Shown: one piece after another, positions 1 to 9,800 of the stretch
Position numbering within the stretch: the stretch's first letter is position 1
How the letters are laid out: every line of letters starts with the position of its first letter
Program-made: the position numbers and the translations under genes
Virus record (IMG/VR): IMGVR_UViG_3300037087_000046
Span: 1-64,000 of that record
Direction: 5' to 3' (one strand)
Source: a virus
Length of the DNA: 64,000 nt
Notes under the pieces: model-generated
Told to the model about the DNA's origin: nothing
Database searches by the model: none
The model's input: the letters and a program-made list of their open reading frames with translations, nothing else

Positions 1-39
1 CACAATCAAATAGATACCTGTTCTCCCGTACTGAATGGT

Positions 40-624
40 ATGTATTTGATTGTGTCCTTGTTGCCAGATGATTTACCTGCTGGACTAACGTGGGATAGAC
101 CCACAGTATTCTATCATAACCAACAGGCTGTTAGTATGAACGTTCTTGGACACATTTACCAGTTTAGTCCCCAAGAGACAATTGTAAATGAAACAGGTGG
201 TACAGACACAAATGGTGATGGAGTGTTTGATACATGGGAAACGGATTGGGACGTTCAAGGTGCAGGTAAGAAGACAGTAAACGCATCGTCTTTATATATG
301 CGCTATGACCTACCAACCCCTAAAGAGTTCTCAGAGGATTTTAATTTTGATGCTTGGGCAAGATATGACGAACGGGGTTTTACACACTTCAGTACAGACC
401 CCAACCGAGTAACCATTGTTAAGAAGACCTTCTCTATTGAGTTCTATGGGGGCAGACCAAATCTTGGGTTGATACAGTGCTTCCAGAAGTACAACAATAC
501 CCAAGTATTATTTTGTGATTGTTTTTCGGATACGGTTTATTCTGGGTTGCTTTCCGTAGACAATGTGTCTACAGACTCCCACACCACTACAGTGAAGTTC
601 ACCATAACCAAGACGGGGGTATAA
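40..624 (+). CDS. putative virion/tail structural protein (may extend 5' of the window)
   Basis: ORF at the head of a tightly packed rightward block that leads into tail-like genes; no diagnostic motif. Confidence 0.4.
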   Translation: MYLIVSLLPDDLPAGLTWDRPTVFYHNQQAVSMNVLGHIYQFSPQETIVNETGGTDTNGDGVFDTWETDWDVQGAGKKTVNASSLYMRYDLPTPKEFSEDFNFDAWARYDERGFTHFSTDPNRVTIVKKTFSIEFYGGRPNLGLIQCFQKYNNTQVLFCDCFSDTVYSGLLSVDNVSTDSHTTTVKFTITKTGV

Positions 625-625
625 A

Positions 626-997
626 ATGTTTAAACTACGAAGTCTGACTCCTACCCCCTTTAGTATATCGTGTCAGTCTCCTTCGTCGGTTAGTGAAGAA
701 GATGGACAAGAAGTAACCCTTCTCATTACTATGGCAGGTATTGCAAACCCGATTGTCAAACTGGGGATGAAGAAACTCCATCTTCAGTTTGACAATTTGA
801 CACTGTTTGAAGTAGACAAGTTCCGTGAAATATTTGCCATAGGGCCGGAGATGGTGGGTGTAATGGAAGACGATATGGCGCACGCCTATGGTAACTGTGC
901 AATTTCTCCAGATGGAATAGCATTATCAAAAGACTTACAGCACATGACGGGTAGTGTTTCATTTACTCTGTTGCTTTATGAGGGAGGATTGCTGTGA
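626..997 (+). CDS. putative tail-associated protein
   Basis: 1-bp gap after the previous stop; overlaps the next start; assignment from context only. Confidence 0.4.
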   Translation: MFKLRSLTPTPFSISCQSPSSVSEEDGQEVTLLITMAGIANPIVKLGMKKLHLQFDNLTLFEVDKFREIFAIGPEMVGVMEDDMAHAYGNCAISPDGIALSKDLQHMTGSVSFTLLLYEGGLL

Positions 998-1344
998 GCG
1001 TTAGTGCATCGAAACATTTGATAACAACTGCATCTATTGGAGGGATAGGAACATATTCTTCGTTGAATAGTCTGGAAAATGTAGACACTGTTTCTTCTTC
1101 CTATACCTTGGCAGAGAATAAAGTCATTGACACAATGGGGAGTGTTACAGTACGAACGGCTCTTCCATTGCTTAGTGGTGACCAACGCCTCGTTACTATC
1201 GAACTCGATAGTAATGTCATATTTGAAGACCAGTGCTACGCCCAGGTATCATGGGACAATGAATCATTGAATGCCAACGTACAATTTACCAGTGCGGGGC
1301 TTGACGATATAAGTATTGGGGTTGCCCCGGAGGACTACGTATGA
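994..1344 (+). CDS. small tail-region protein whose C-terminal 41 codons are duplicated at 2960-3085
   Basis: GTG start overlapping the upstream TGA; ends ...AGLDDISIGVAPEDYV. Confidence 0.6.
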   Translation: MSVSASKHLITTASIGGIGTYSSLNSLENVDTVSSSYTLAENKVIDTMGSVTVRTALPLLSGDQRLVTIELDSNVIFEDQCYAQVSWDNESLNANVQFTSAGLDDISIGVAPEDYV

Positions 1345-1346
1345 CA
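1219..1346 (+). repeat. direct repeat A, copy 1 (upstream border of tail cassette 1)
   Basis: 128 nt, 110/128 identical to 2960-3087 by manual alignment. Confidence 0.95.
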
Positions 1347-2918
1347 TTTACCGCAACACCTAACTTCACCTCAATTGGGCAACCAGTCAGCCCTGTCTAT
1401 GGTAAAATTGGAAGCACCTTTTATGTGGCAGGAGGGACAGTAGATCAGGTTCTGGAACCAACCTTGGTAAACCCGCAACTAACCGATATTTATACTTCCA
1501 GTGATGGGTTAACATGGTCAAAGGCTCAAGGTAGTATTTGTTCTGAACTACAATCCTGTGTTCTTGATAATGATTGGTATTCAAAAAGAACTAATATAAC
1601 TTTTGATAATGAATTTTTCAGTGGACTGTTTTGGAGGGGCACCAATAATCAGACTACAGAATTATTGTCTACTACCAATCTAACGTCTGCTACAACCATA
1701 ATGGAACAGTTCCCAGATGCTGTTGATATAACTGAGAGCATTGAAAATAGTGTCCCAACACATGACCCCTGGACATTAAAAAGACCTATCCATATAAACT
1801 TCCTAACATCTGGGAGTAAAAAATATGCTGTAGGATGGTTCCAAACTGGGGTATGGGTGGATGATTTTGTAGGAAACCCCCAAACATACAGTACCTCTGG
1901 AGTAGTAACAACTGCTATGTTAGACCAGTATTACCCCGGATTAAGTGGGGCAGGAGCACTATACGCGGTACATGTTTCTGCACAAGGTCAGGGGGAATAT
2001 ACCCTACATACCGATACAGGAGAATTTAGTTACTCCACAATAAATGATCTGGCTGGGCAAGGGTTTTTTCTTACCGAGAAATACACAACATGGGAGGCAG
2101 GTGGGAAATTACCTCTCCATAATGACTCCTCCCTAAATTATGCTTGTGGAATACAGACAATTATTTACTTTGATGATAATACGGGGCATTTTGCGTGGAT
2201 AGATGACACATCAGGTGCAACCTTAGTTGGTCAAGGGTCTAAGACACCCGCTATGGGGCATGGGTCAAGTGGTTGGCAATTAAGACCTACCTATGCTGGT
2301 AGATATGGAGGCCCACTACCATATACGTTTGAGATATGGAGTAGCACAGATGGGGTAACTTGGGCAGCAGAACATACTTATACCCCTATTGCCAATACCA
2401 GAACGGAATTAAATGTTAATTGGCCTTTTGTAGAGGACAGGTCAACCTACCAAACTTTCTTAGAAGCCACGAATGGTGTACGCCTTCAGAGAATGGTGGT
2501 TAAAGATGGTGAAATCTTTTTTATTAGTAGCAAACCAACTGTCTTAAACTATAGTAGCAATATGGTTGATTATGAAAAATACCCCAGTTGGGGCGCAATA
2601 GAACATTACCCAATAGGGGATGTATGGAAGTACAATATAGCAAGTAAAACTTTTACACAATTAGGGGCTACCCCATCTGCTACATCTGATGCAGCAGTTT
2701 GTTATGACTCTGCTACACAAAAATTTTATTGTGCCTTCGGTCGTACAACGCCAACAGACACAGCAGCAGAATACAGTTCCACCATTTACAGTTCAACCGA
2801 TGGAAATACTTGGTCAGTGGACTCAACCTTCCCAACGGAATATGGCGGTAGAGGCTATATGCCATTTGTGGGAAGTAAAGTAAACCTACTTGGTGGTTAT
2901 AGAGGTGAGGAAACATGA
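1341..2918 (+). CDS. kelch/BNR (Asp-box) repeat tail or receptor-binding protein, cassette 1
   Basis: Asp-box motifs YTSSDGLTW, WSSTDGVTW, YSSTDGNTW; kelch-like FYVAGG, YCAFGR, LLGGYRG; paralogous termini with 3558..6155. Confidence 0.65.
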   Translation: MTFTATPNFTSIGQPVSPVYGKIGSTFYVAGGTVDQVLEPTLVNPQLTDIYTSSDGLTWSKAQGSICSELQSCVLDNDWYSKRTNITFDNEFFSGLFWRGTNNQTTELLSTTNLTSATTIMEQFPDAVDITESIENSVPTHDPWTLKRPIHINFLTSGSKKYAVGWFQTGVWVDDFVGNPQTYSTSGVVTTAMLDQYYPGLSGAGALYAVHVSAQGQGEYTLHTDTGEFSYSTINDLAGQGFFLTEKYTTWEAGGKLPLHNDSSLNYACGIQTIIYFDDNTGHFAWIDDTSGATLVGQGSKTPAMGHGSSGWQLRPTYAGRYGGPLPYTFEIWSSTDGVTWAAEHTYTPIANTRTELNVNWPFVEDRSTYQTFLEATNGVRLQRMVVKDGEIFFISSKPTVLNYSSNMVDYEKYPSWGAIEHYPIGDVWKYNIASKTFTQLGATPSATSDAAVCYDSATQKFYCAFGRTTPTDTAAEYSSTIYSSTDGNTWSVDSTFPTEYGGRGYMPFVGSKVNLLGGYRGEET

Positions 2919-2953
2919 GTATAACCTTTAGCAACATCTTATTCACTTCTGGT
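2915..2953 (+). repeat. direct repeat B, copy 1
   Basis: ATGAGTATAACCTTTAGCAACATCTTATTCACTTCTGGT is identical (39 nt) to 6152-6190. Confidence 0.97.
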
Positions 2954-3085
2954 GACACTATTTTCGAGGACACCTGCTACGCGCATGTGTCATGGGACAA
3001 TGAGACGCTGAATGCCAACGTACAATTTACCAGCGCAGGTCTTGACGATATAAGTATTGGGGTTGCCCCGGAGGATTATGTATGA
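2915..3085 (+). CDS. 56-aa chimeric junction ORF (N-terminus of 6152..8290 fused in frame to C-terminus of 994..1344)
   Basis: Manual translation MSITFSNILFTSG-DT-IFEDTCYAHVSWDNETLNANVQFTSAGLDDISIGVAPEDYV*; ATGA overlaps at both ends; absent from the ORF track (too short). Confidence 0.75.
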   Translation: MSITFSNILFTSGDTIFEDTCYAHVSWDNETLNANVQFTSAGLDDISIGVAPEDYV

Positions 3086-3087
3086 CA
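2960..3087 (+). repeat. direct repeat A, copy 2 (upstream border of tail cassette 2)
   Basis: see 1219-1346. Confidence 0.95.
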
Positions 3088-3561
3088 ATCCCTAAAATAA
3101 TCCATCAGATATGGGTAGATGGTACGGAACGTCCCCCAATAACTGTTGAGTGGGCTGAAGAGATACAGAAGAGACACCCTGACTATAAGTATATGTTGCA
3201 CACTGTTCAGCCTGTAGAGAATGTCGCCCCAAGAATAGTAGCCAATGTACAAAGGCTAAAAATATTGTATGAGACGGGCGGGATATATTTAGATTGTGAT
3301 ATGAAACCAGTTCACACACTATCCAGTTTATTCTTACCTGCTGATAAAATAAATTGTGATATTTTACATGGTAGACCCCACCATGCCTTTATAGCAGTTG
3401 CCCCGAAAAATGAAACAATAGCAGAAATTCTCTATGAGTTCTGGGATTTAGGAAGCACAGATTATTGGGGGGTTTGGAACAAGTATTCGGACAAATTAAA
3501 CCCAATAAAGATAAGTACAGCGTTTTGCCACTACTTTTTGACCGCGAGAAACTACCGATGA
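3082..3561 (+). CDS. glycosyltransferase, GT32/Gly_transf_sug-like (DxD)
   Basis: IPKIIHQIW start and RLKILYETGGIYLDCD signature. Confidence 0.8.
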   Translation: MTIPKIIHQIWVDGTERPPITVEWAEEIQKRHPDYKYMLHTVQPVENVAPRIVANVQRLKILYETGGIYLDCDMKPVHTLSSLFLPADKINCDILHGRPHHAFIAVAPKNETIAEILYEFWDLGSTDYWGVWNKYSDKLNPIKISTAFCHYFLTARNYR

Positions 3562-6155
3562 GTATAACACAGACTATGACTAATTTTGCCCCTGGGCAGG
3601 GCTTATTTGATGTGCTGACAGCATCACTGAATGGGATAGTATACTTGTTTGGTGGACATACTAAAAGGAACATATTAGACCCGGACAACGTATATAATAA
3701 GACAGTATGGTATACAACCGGAGGGTCAAACTGGTCTATTTTATCCGCTGCTACGAATATGCCAGAAGGTGTGGCATGGTCATGTGCAAGTACGAATGAT
3801 ACAGTGTATATTTTAGGTAGAGGTAATCTTACTACAATAACAAGGGACGACCCCTTTCCATCCTACCTCTATAAGACTACCGATCTTATTAGTTGGGAAC
3901 TACTAACCAATAATTTTCCAGATTGTACAGGAGTGGATACAGCAGCTGATGGAACTATTTCATATAGACCAACAGACGTTAAATTATTCTCACTAAATGG
4001 TAAAATCAGGGCATTGGGGTGGTATAGTGGTTATGTAAATAGAACCGTATCAAAATATGTTGGTTTTGGGGGTATACCACGCTGTTTGGTAACAATCTCT
4101 ATTCAAAATGGAAACCCATACTCATACACCGACTCACTATACAGTTATTTAAAATATGGCTTTGAAAATCAAAATTTTCTTACTATATTAAAAAATGAAT
4201 GTATCACTCATACCAACCTTAATTTGCATTATTATATGCAAGGCTTAAGTGCTACACTTAGTAACTGGTTTGAAACAGGTATGACAGCAGGGATAGATTA
4301 TACGGATGAAGAAGTTACAGAGGAACTTATTAAACAGTGGACGTTTGATAGAAAGACTCCATCTGTATTATACCCCTATGTGCCCCCGTCAGGAAGTTAT
4401 GGCGGACAGACCGAACAGCAATGGCAAGAGTCATTCTTAAATAATGCAATCCCATCCTCTGTCCCACCTATTGGTAGTATATCTGTATCTACTACTAACG
4501 GGGAAGACCGCCCTTGTAATCCAATTAGTCTCAAGCAGTATTCAACCCCAGCATGTTTGGGTGGTAGTAATAGTTTACCTTCCCCCGAAATAACAGATAA
4601 AACAACCTTTGTGGCCTCTCTCCGTGATACTGACCCAGTAGGGTTTATTAGAAACTTAACATATTGTGGAGGGCTGTCTGCTTTTTTAGGAAATAGGCAC
4701 CTTGTTGATGCTCTTTTATCCCTGGTAACATACAAACTTCTTCCTGATGGGGATGTGTTCGCTCCTGGATATGAGCCACAGTTAGACTATGGGGTAAACT
4801 TCGGTGATTTTGGGTATGCCCGAACAATTAGATATTGGGACAATGGTGAAATTATAACGGCTAATAGTGGGGTTGGATTCTCCTCCTCCCCGCTGATAAC
4901 GGCTACTGAAAAATCCTCTTGTAGCAGCAGCGAATATGGAAGTAAAATTGGGTATTTTAATTCTGATGTGGGGTTAATTGCAAGTGGCGGAACGTTTGTC
5001 GGGGAAATTGAACAACTTGATTTTTGGACAGAAGTTCAACAAAATGACCCCAGTTTTTACACATATTGTATAGAAGAAGGAAAGACATCAGTAGGTATAG
5101 CTATATCAATAACGGGTGGGACTATATCTGGTGAAACTACTATAGACGCTGGATTCGATGAGGGTGGATATGGTGCCGGGACACTTGAAGTACACACCGG
5201 ACGAACTGGGGCAGATGTAACTCATCCAGTTAATTTATCTGGAGGGACCTTTTCTGGTACTATTATAAATAACTATTTTGGTGTTACTAATAGTGGGACA
5301 CCAGGGCACTGGCACACTGTAGCGACAAATGCTACACTATCCCCCTACTTAGATGGGTCAGAAACAAAATATAATGTATCATTTTCCCAGTATATGCAAG
5401 GGGAGGGTGGGGGGGGAATAGAACCCACTGAACCAATTATAATAGTACCACAAGCAGAAATACCGGGGGGTTACGCATCAAAAATACCCGTGCTGAATAA
5501 CACTGTAACAGGCAGAAGTAGGTATCTTGACCCCACATATAGGGGTATTAAGATGTACGACACCTATTTAGAAGAAAATTCAACCTCTTATGGGGTACCC
5601 TCAGATTTTGTTGATGTTGCTGATGCTGTTACTAATATGTATGTTTCTTATATGGGAGAAAACTACCCCGCTACCCTCCCCGATTTAACCATAACTGATT
5701 CAACAGATGTTACGGGGTATACGTTAAATTATAGTGGCGCACGGGATTCGGGCACATTCCAAAATTTCCCATTTGGGATTCCATTAGAGTACAATGATAA
5801 CATTCTACTTATTGGAAGCCAATCCACCCCAAGCCCCGTCTACACGTTGATTGATTATGTTTACAGCAGTGCGGTGTATAAGATAGATTTAACCAGCCAA
5901 ACAGTTGTTCAAATAGGGACTCTTCCAACGGCAGTCTGTAACCCGGCAGTTGTAAAGTTTGGAGATACCATTTATTGTTGTTTTGGTAAAACAGAATTTG
6001 GGTATAACGATGCCATCTTTCAATCAACAGATGGTGGAGAAACTTGGGCTACTATTGCAGCATTTAGTGGTAAAGGAATGGAATCCCCTTCAGCAGTAGT
6101 TAGAAACACAGACGGCAGGTTATTTATATTTGGTGGGTTCCGAGGTGAAGAATGA
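3558..6155 (+). CDS. kelch/BNR repeat tail or receptor-binding protein, cassette 2
   Basis: Start moved to the ATG overlapping the upstream TGA; NGIVYLFGG, YKTTDLISW, YCCFGK, FQSTDGGETW, FIFGGFRGEE mirror the termini of 1341..2918. Confidence 0.65.
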   Translation: MSITQTMTNFAPGQGLFDVLTASLNGIVYLFGGHTKRNILDPDNVYNKTVWYTTGGSNWSILSAATNMPEGVAWSCASTNDTVYILGRGNLTTITRDDPFPSYLYKTTDLISWELLTNNFPDCTGVDTAADGTISYRPTDVKLFSLNGKIRALGWYSGYVNRTVSKYVGFGGIPRCLVTISIQNGNPYSYTDSLYSYLKYGFENQNFLTILKNECITHTNLNLHYYMQGLSATLSNWFETGMTAGIDYTDEEVTEELIKQWTFDRKTPSVLYPYVPPSGSYGGQTEQQWQESFLNNAIPSSVPPIGSISVSTTNGEDRPCNPISLKQYSTPACLGGSNSLPSPEITDKTTFVASLRDTDPVGFIRNLTYCGGLSAFLGNRHLVDALLSLVTYKLLPDGDVFAPGYEPQLDYGVNFGDFGYARTIRYWDNGEIITANSGVGFSSSPLITATEKSSCSSSEYGSKIGYFNSDVGLIASGGTFVGEIEQLDFWTEVQQNDPSFYTYCIEEGKTSVGIAISITGGTISGETTIDAGFDEGGYGAGTLEVHTGRTGADVTHPVNLSGGTFSGTIINNYFGVTNSGTPGHWHTVATNATLSPYLDGSETKYNVSFSQYMQGEGGGGIEPTEPIIIVPQAEIPGGYASKIPVLNNTVTGRSRYLDPTYRGIKMYDTYLEENSTSYGVPSDFVDVADAVTNMYVSYMGENYPATLPDLTITDSTDVTGYTLNYSGARDSGTFQNFPFGIPLEYNDNILLIGSQSTPSPVYTLIDYVYSSAVYKIDLTSQTVVQIGTLPTAVCNPAVVKFGDTIYCCFGKTEFGYNDAIFQSTDGGETWATIAAFSGKGMESPSAVVRNTDGRLFIFGGFRGEE

Positions 6156-6190
6156 GTATAACCTTTAGCAACATCTTATTCACTTCTGGT
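6152..6190 (+). repeat. direct repeat B, copy 2
   Basis: identical to 2915-2953. Confidence 0.97.
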
Positions 6191-8290
6191 CAATCTGTAA
6201 TCACTGAAGACCCATTAACCATAACCACTGCTACAACTCCGGTTAGGGATTTATCCAAGGCGTTACCCATGTGTTTTGGTCGCCCTGAAAAAGTACCTGC
6301 TGCATCCTTGTACGCATGGTCATGTACCACTGGGTCAGACCCATTTGAAATAAATACTGTGAAGACATTCAACGTGAAGAGTGATGACTTCTTACCAGTG
6401 AACCAGTTGGTTCGTATTGAGATGACTGGTGGAGATTGGGATGGACATTCCTTCAGTCGTAAGATTCAATACGTAGGGAAATTTACCCTTTCTACCGGTG
6501 ACTTGGATAATCTGGAGTACACCTTTACCCTTGATGGGGGTTATGGAAATAACCCAACTCATAAATTGTTTGGCACGGAAATGGGTTCTATCTCCATGTC
6601 CTGTGCTGAAGGAAATGGAACTACAGCATGGTTGAGCACTACCTCTTTAGCCACCTATAAGACATGGGGAAAAGAAGTAAGCAACAGAATATTTGAATGT
6701 AATTCAGGGACAAACATTTCAGCACGGGTGGAGTATAGTTGTCCTTGTCCTGGGTCTGGTGGTGCATGGGGCTTCAACGGGTATGATAATGCATGTCTAA
6801 ATTCAATCAGTGGTTGCACTGTATCTGAACCTGACAAGAAGGCATTATCTGTTTCTGTTTCTTATGTGGGTGGTAACTATTGGGTTAATCCAGACTATTA
6901 TGTTGCCAATCCAGATAAATGGACTGGTAAAACAAAGCCGTCCGGGATGCCCTCCGATATTGGCTCCTACTCCCAAGATGGATTGACAATGTTCCAACTG
7001 GGGTATGGACATCCTGCTAAACATTCCTTGGTTAGTAATGAAACAGCGCGTATGGCGGAATGCTTTGGTGGCATAGGAAAGGCAAGAAACTACGTTGAGC
7101 CGGGGAGTGGTTCATGGGGATATGTTGAGGCAACATGTAATTCAGACCCAGCATGTGGGTTGAAAAATCTGACATGGCACTATCCTGGGATACCTCTTCC
7201 TTTAACTTGCTCAACAATGGGCTGGGTTGCGCCAAACACATCTATACAGATTCTGGGGATTGAGGGTGCAGGTAATGTACAGGGTATAGAGTACATAGCC
7301 AACATCTTTGACAGTTACCTTGACACTACGGGAAATAATCGACTAATTGTGTATGCAGAGAAAAATGGGGACTTGACAGAAGTGCCTACTTCGTGGTATA
7401 CTACATCAGTAGGTACATTTGTCCTTCCGTATACAGGGACAGTTGCACTCGATACAGACCCTAATCATACACCTTTAACCGCAACCAAAATAATACTCAA
7501 TACACCAATTAGTTACCATTCCAATGATACAGATACATGGGGAAATCAGTTGTATGTAACCCTTACATCCAAGTTTGGTGGAAACACTGATTATCTTGGG
7601 ATGGAAACAGACGACCTGATAGAAGCAATCTCAACTCGTTATTATGAATTAGACATAGCAGGTTCAACAAACCTTGCAACTTCATACCGGGCCAACTATG
7701 CCAAGTTTGGTACTTACTCGTTACGCACTATGCTGAACGAGATTGCATACCAGACGGGCAGCGTTATTTATCCGACTTACCAAAGTGGTTCAAGGGTAAT
7801 GAAGATAAGGTCTGTTTGGCATGAGTCTGAGTCTGAACGTGGGACACGTTTAGAAAGAGACCAAATCACTATCAGTAACATTCTTGTTAAGTCATTTAAG
7901 GAAGGAGTAAAAGATGTCACAGAGTTAGCAAAAAAATTAACTGTATCGTGGCAACCTAACTACTATCCTAAAGACAAACAGGAAGTAACCGTAAAGGTAG
8001 TGGGCAACAGTCATGGTCAGGATGAGACGGCTGATATTTACATGTACAAGAGTTCTGTTCCTGTAAAGGCTGTAGCAGCCTTCTGGTTGCAACGACGCAG
8101 TACAAACTATGTGGAAGTAGAATTTTCAACAACTTATGAGTCCACCGCAATTGAGATATTGGAAATGTACCAGTTGGTGCTTCCCTATTTTTCAAACTGG
8201 GTACTCATTACAGAAAAGAAAATATCCAGCATGGACGGAAAAATTTCATTCAGGGGGTTGATTGTACCGGAGGCTTTCTATATTGAATAA
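6152..8290 (+). CDS. putative tail tip/hub (host-specificity-type) protein
   Basis: N-terminal LPMCFG..VPA motif; C-terminal architecture (AAFWL...VEF...AIEILE) reminiscent of phage tail-tip proteins; context. Confidence 0.5.
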   Translation: MSITFSNILFTSGQSVITEDPLTITTATTPVRDLSKALPMCFGRPEKVPAASLYAWSCTTGSDPFEINTVKTFNVKSDDFLPVNQLVRIEMTGGDWDGHSFSRKIQYVGKFTLSTGDLDNLEYTFTLDGGYGNNPTHKLFGTEMGSISMSCAEGNGTTAWLSTTSLATYKTWGKEVSNRIFECNSGTNISARVEYSCPCPGSGGAWGFNGYDNACLNSISGCTVSEPDKKALSVSVSYVGGNYWVNPDYYVANPDKWTGKTKPSGMPSDIGSYSQDGLTMFQLGYGHPAKHSLVSNETARMAECFGGIGKARNYVEPGSGSWGYVEATCNSDPACGLKNLTWHYPGIPLPLTCSTMGWVAPNTSIQILGIEGAGNVQGIEYIANIFDSYLDTTGNNRLIVYAEKNGDLTEVPTSWYTTSVGTFVLPYTGTVALDTDPNHTPLTATKIILNTPISYHSNDTDTWGNQLYVTLTSKFGGNTDYLGMETDDLIEAISTRYYELDIAGSTNLATSYRANYAKFGTYSLRTMLNEIAYQTGSVIYPTYQSGSRVMKIRSVWHESESERGTRLERDQITISNILVKSFKEGVKDVTELAKKLTVSWQPNYYPKDKQEVTVKVVGNSHGQDETADIYMYKSSVPVKAVAAFWLQRRSTNYVEVEFSTTYESTAIEILEMYQLVLPYFSNWVLITEKKISSMDGKISFRGLIVPEAFYIE

Positions 8291-8573
8291 ACGTCCCCAT
8301 ATAACCCCTGAGATGGCTGCAAGTGCATTGCAAGCCATCATATTTGGTAAGAAAGTATCTGACGAAACTTATCAGGCACGACAGGCTATCTGTCGTGCCT
8401 GTGATAAGAAGAAGACGGATAAGAACAATGTGGACTTCTGTGGGATGTGTGGTTGCTCTGTAGCAGGTACACATTTTAAGTTGTTAAATCTTTGTGCTTA
8501 CGAGGAGACAAATAGACATGGATGTAAACATCCCCAAAGAAAATATGGCAAGGGTTGGCCGCGTTCTGAATGA
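8283..8573 (+). CDS. small Cys-rich (CxxC x2) protein
   Basis: RQAICRAC...CGMCGC...CKHP..KGW; start approximate. Confidence 0.5.
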   Translation: MNKRPHITPEMAASALQAIIFGKKVSDETYQARQAICRACDKKKTDKNNVDFCGMCGCSVAGTHFKLLNLCAYEETNRHGCKHPQRKYGKGWPRSE

Positions 8574-8961
8574 CCCTGAACAAAGGAAGAAGGATTATGC
8601 CTTGGCAATGAAGATTGCTGATGGTGCTTCTGCCTGTGCTATCACTGCTTCAGTAAGACTTATATCCGCTGGTATTTTTCCCGCGGATGAGATTATCCCT
8701 TGGGCAGAGGACTTAGCAACAGAACTGAAGAGGTTGGGTTGGGTGCCCGTCTGGGAAGTATCAGACGTACAAGCAAACGACCTGATAGTCTGTCAAGACT
8801 TGAACGGTAATGGTGCAACTGACCATGTTTGGTTTGCTGTAACAGATGCAGTAGATGGTTACTGCATTTGTCTGGATAACCATAATTATGGTGAGCCGTA
8901 TAAACGGAATCTTGGTGAAGGTGCGCGTACACCGATGGACTACGCATTGAGGCTTGTATGA
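8494..8961 (+). CDS. papain-fold (NlpC/P60- or Tae4-like) amidase/peptidase candidate
   Basis: SACAITAS (catalytic Cys), then DLIV and DHVWF (catalytic His); true start probably 8518 or 8545. Confidence 0.5.
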   Translation: MLTRRQIDMDVNIPKENMARVGRVLNDPEQRKKDYALAMKIADGASACAITASVRLISAGIFPADEIIPWAEDLATELKRLGWVPVWEVSDVQANDLIVCQDLNGNGATDHVWFAVTDAVDGYCICLDNHNYGEPYKRNLGEGARTPMDYALRLV

Positions 8962-9677
8962 AACTCGGAGCAATAATTGAAGAGAAAGACCCACGGAACT
9001 TGAAGTTCCATTGGTTCGGTGGTGGACTTCCTGACCCACCGGATGAGATCGACTGGGCAACTGAGATGAAGTCTCGTCTTCAGATGTGGAAGAATGATGA
9101 ATATGGTGACTGTGTGTTTGCTGCCTTCTATAATTACTTGGCAGTTGCTACGGGTTACACCAATGATACCTTCCCCTATGTGAATGAAGATGTGTTGGCC
9201 GATTACACAGCCGTAACAGGGTTTGACCCTAATGACCCAAGTACAGACAATGGTACTAACCCTGAAGCAGCCCTGAAGTATTACATGAAGAACAATCGCA
9301 TTCTTGCTTGGGGTGAAATTAACCATCACAGTTTGAAAGAATGCAAACAGGCTCTCGATATTTTTGGTGGTATTTACACAACCTTCTCGTTGCCAATATC
9401 AGCACAGGGACAAGAGGTGTGGGACGTTACGTATACCAGTGATAGTGGTGCAGGTACATGGGGTGGTCACATGACCATGACCCAGGCAATGGATAAAAAG
9501 GGTAATGGCACCACAGATACTTGGGGCACGACCAAGAAGTTCACCAAGGCGTTCTGGGACAAGTATTGTTCAGGTGCATACTTCTTTGTAACAGAGAAAT
9601 GGGTGGCGGACAATACGGGTAAAACACCGAATGGTTTTGACCTACCCACATTGCTCAAGGACGCTAAACTACTGTGA
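8958..9677 (+). CDS. papain-like cysteine peptidase
   Basis: NDEYGDCVFAA (Cys), DNGT, WGGHM (His), TWG. Confidence 0.65.
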   Translation: MKLGAIIEEKDPRNLKFHWFGGGLPDPPDEIDWATEMKSRLQMWKNDEYGDCVFAAFYNYLAVATGYTNDTFPYVNEDVLADYTAVTGFDPNDPSTDNGTNPEAALKYYMKNNRILAWGEINHHSLKECKQALDIFGGIYTTFSLPISAQGQEVWDVTYTSDSGAGTWGGHMTMTQAMDKKGNGTTDTWGTTKKFTKAFWDKYCSGAYFFVTEKWVADNTGKTPNGFDLPTLLKDAKLL

Positions 9678-9800
9678 AACACATACTCCTTGTTTCAGAT
9701 GGTAAGTTGTACCAAGTATTTTTCTGGGACAAAGAGGATATAGTAGCGATTGAGTATTTAAATCGGTTTAATGAATGGATACCTATAGAAAGGCATTTAC

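Noticed and set aside
1219-6190. Shufflon or invertase-driven tail-fibre switch
   Set aside because: The repeats are direct, not inverted, and no recombinase is adjacent; recorded instead as a direct-repeat cassette stack.
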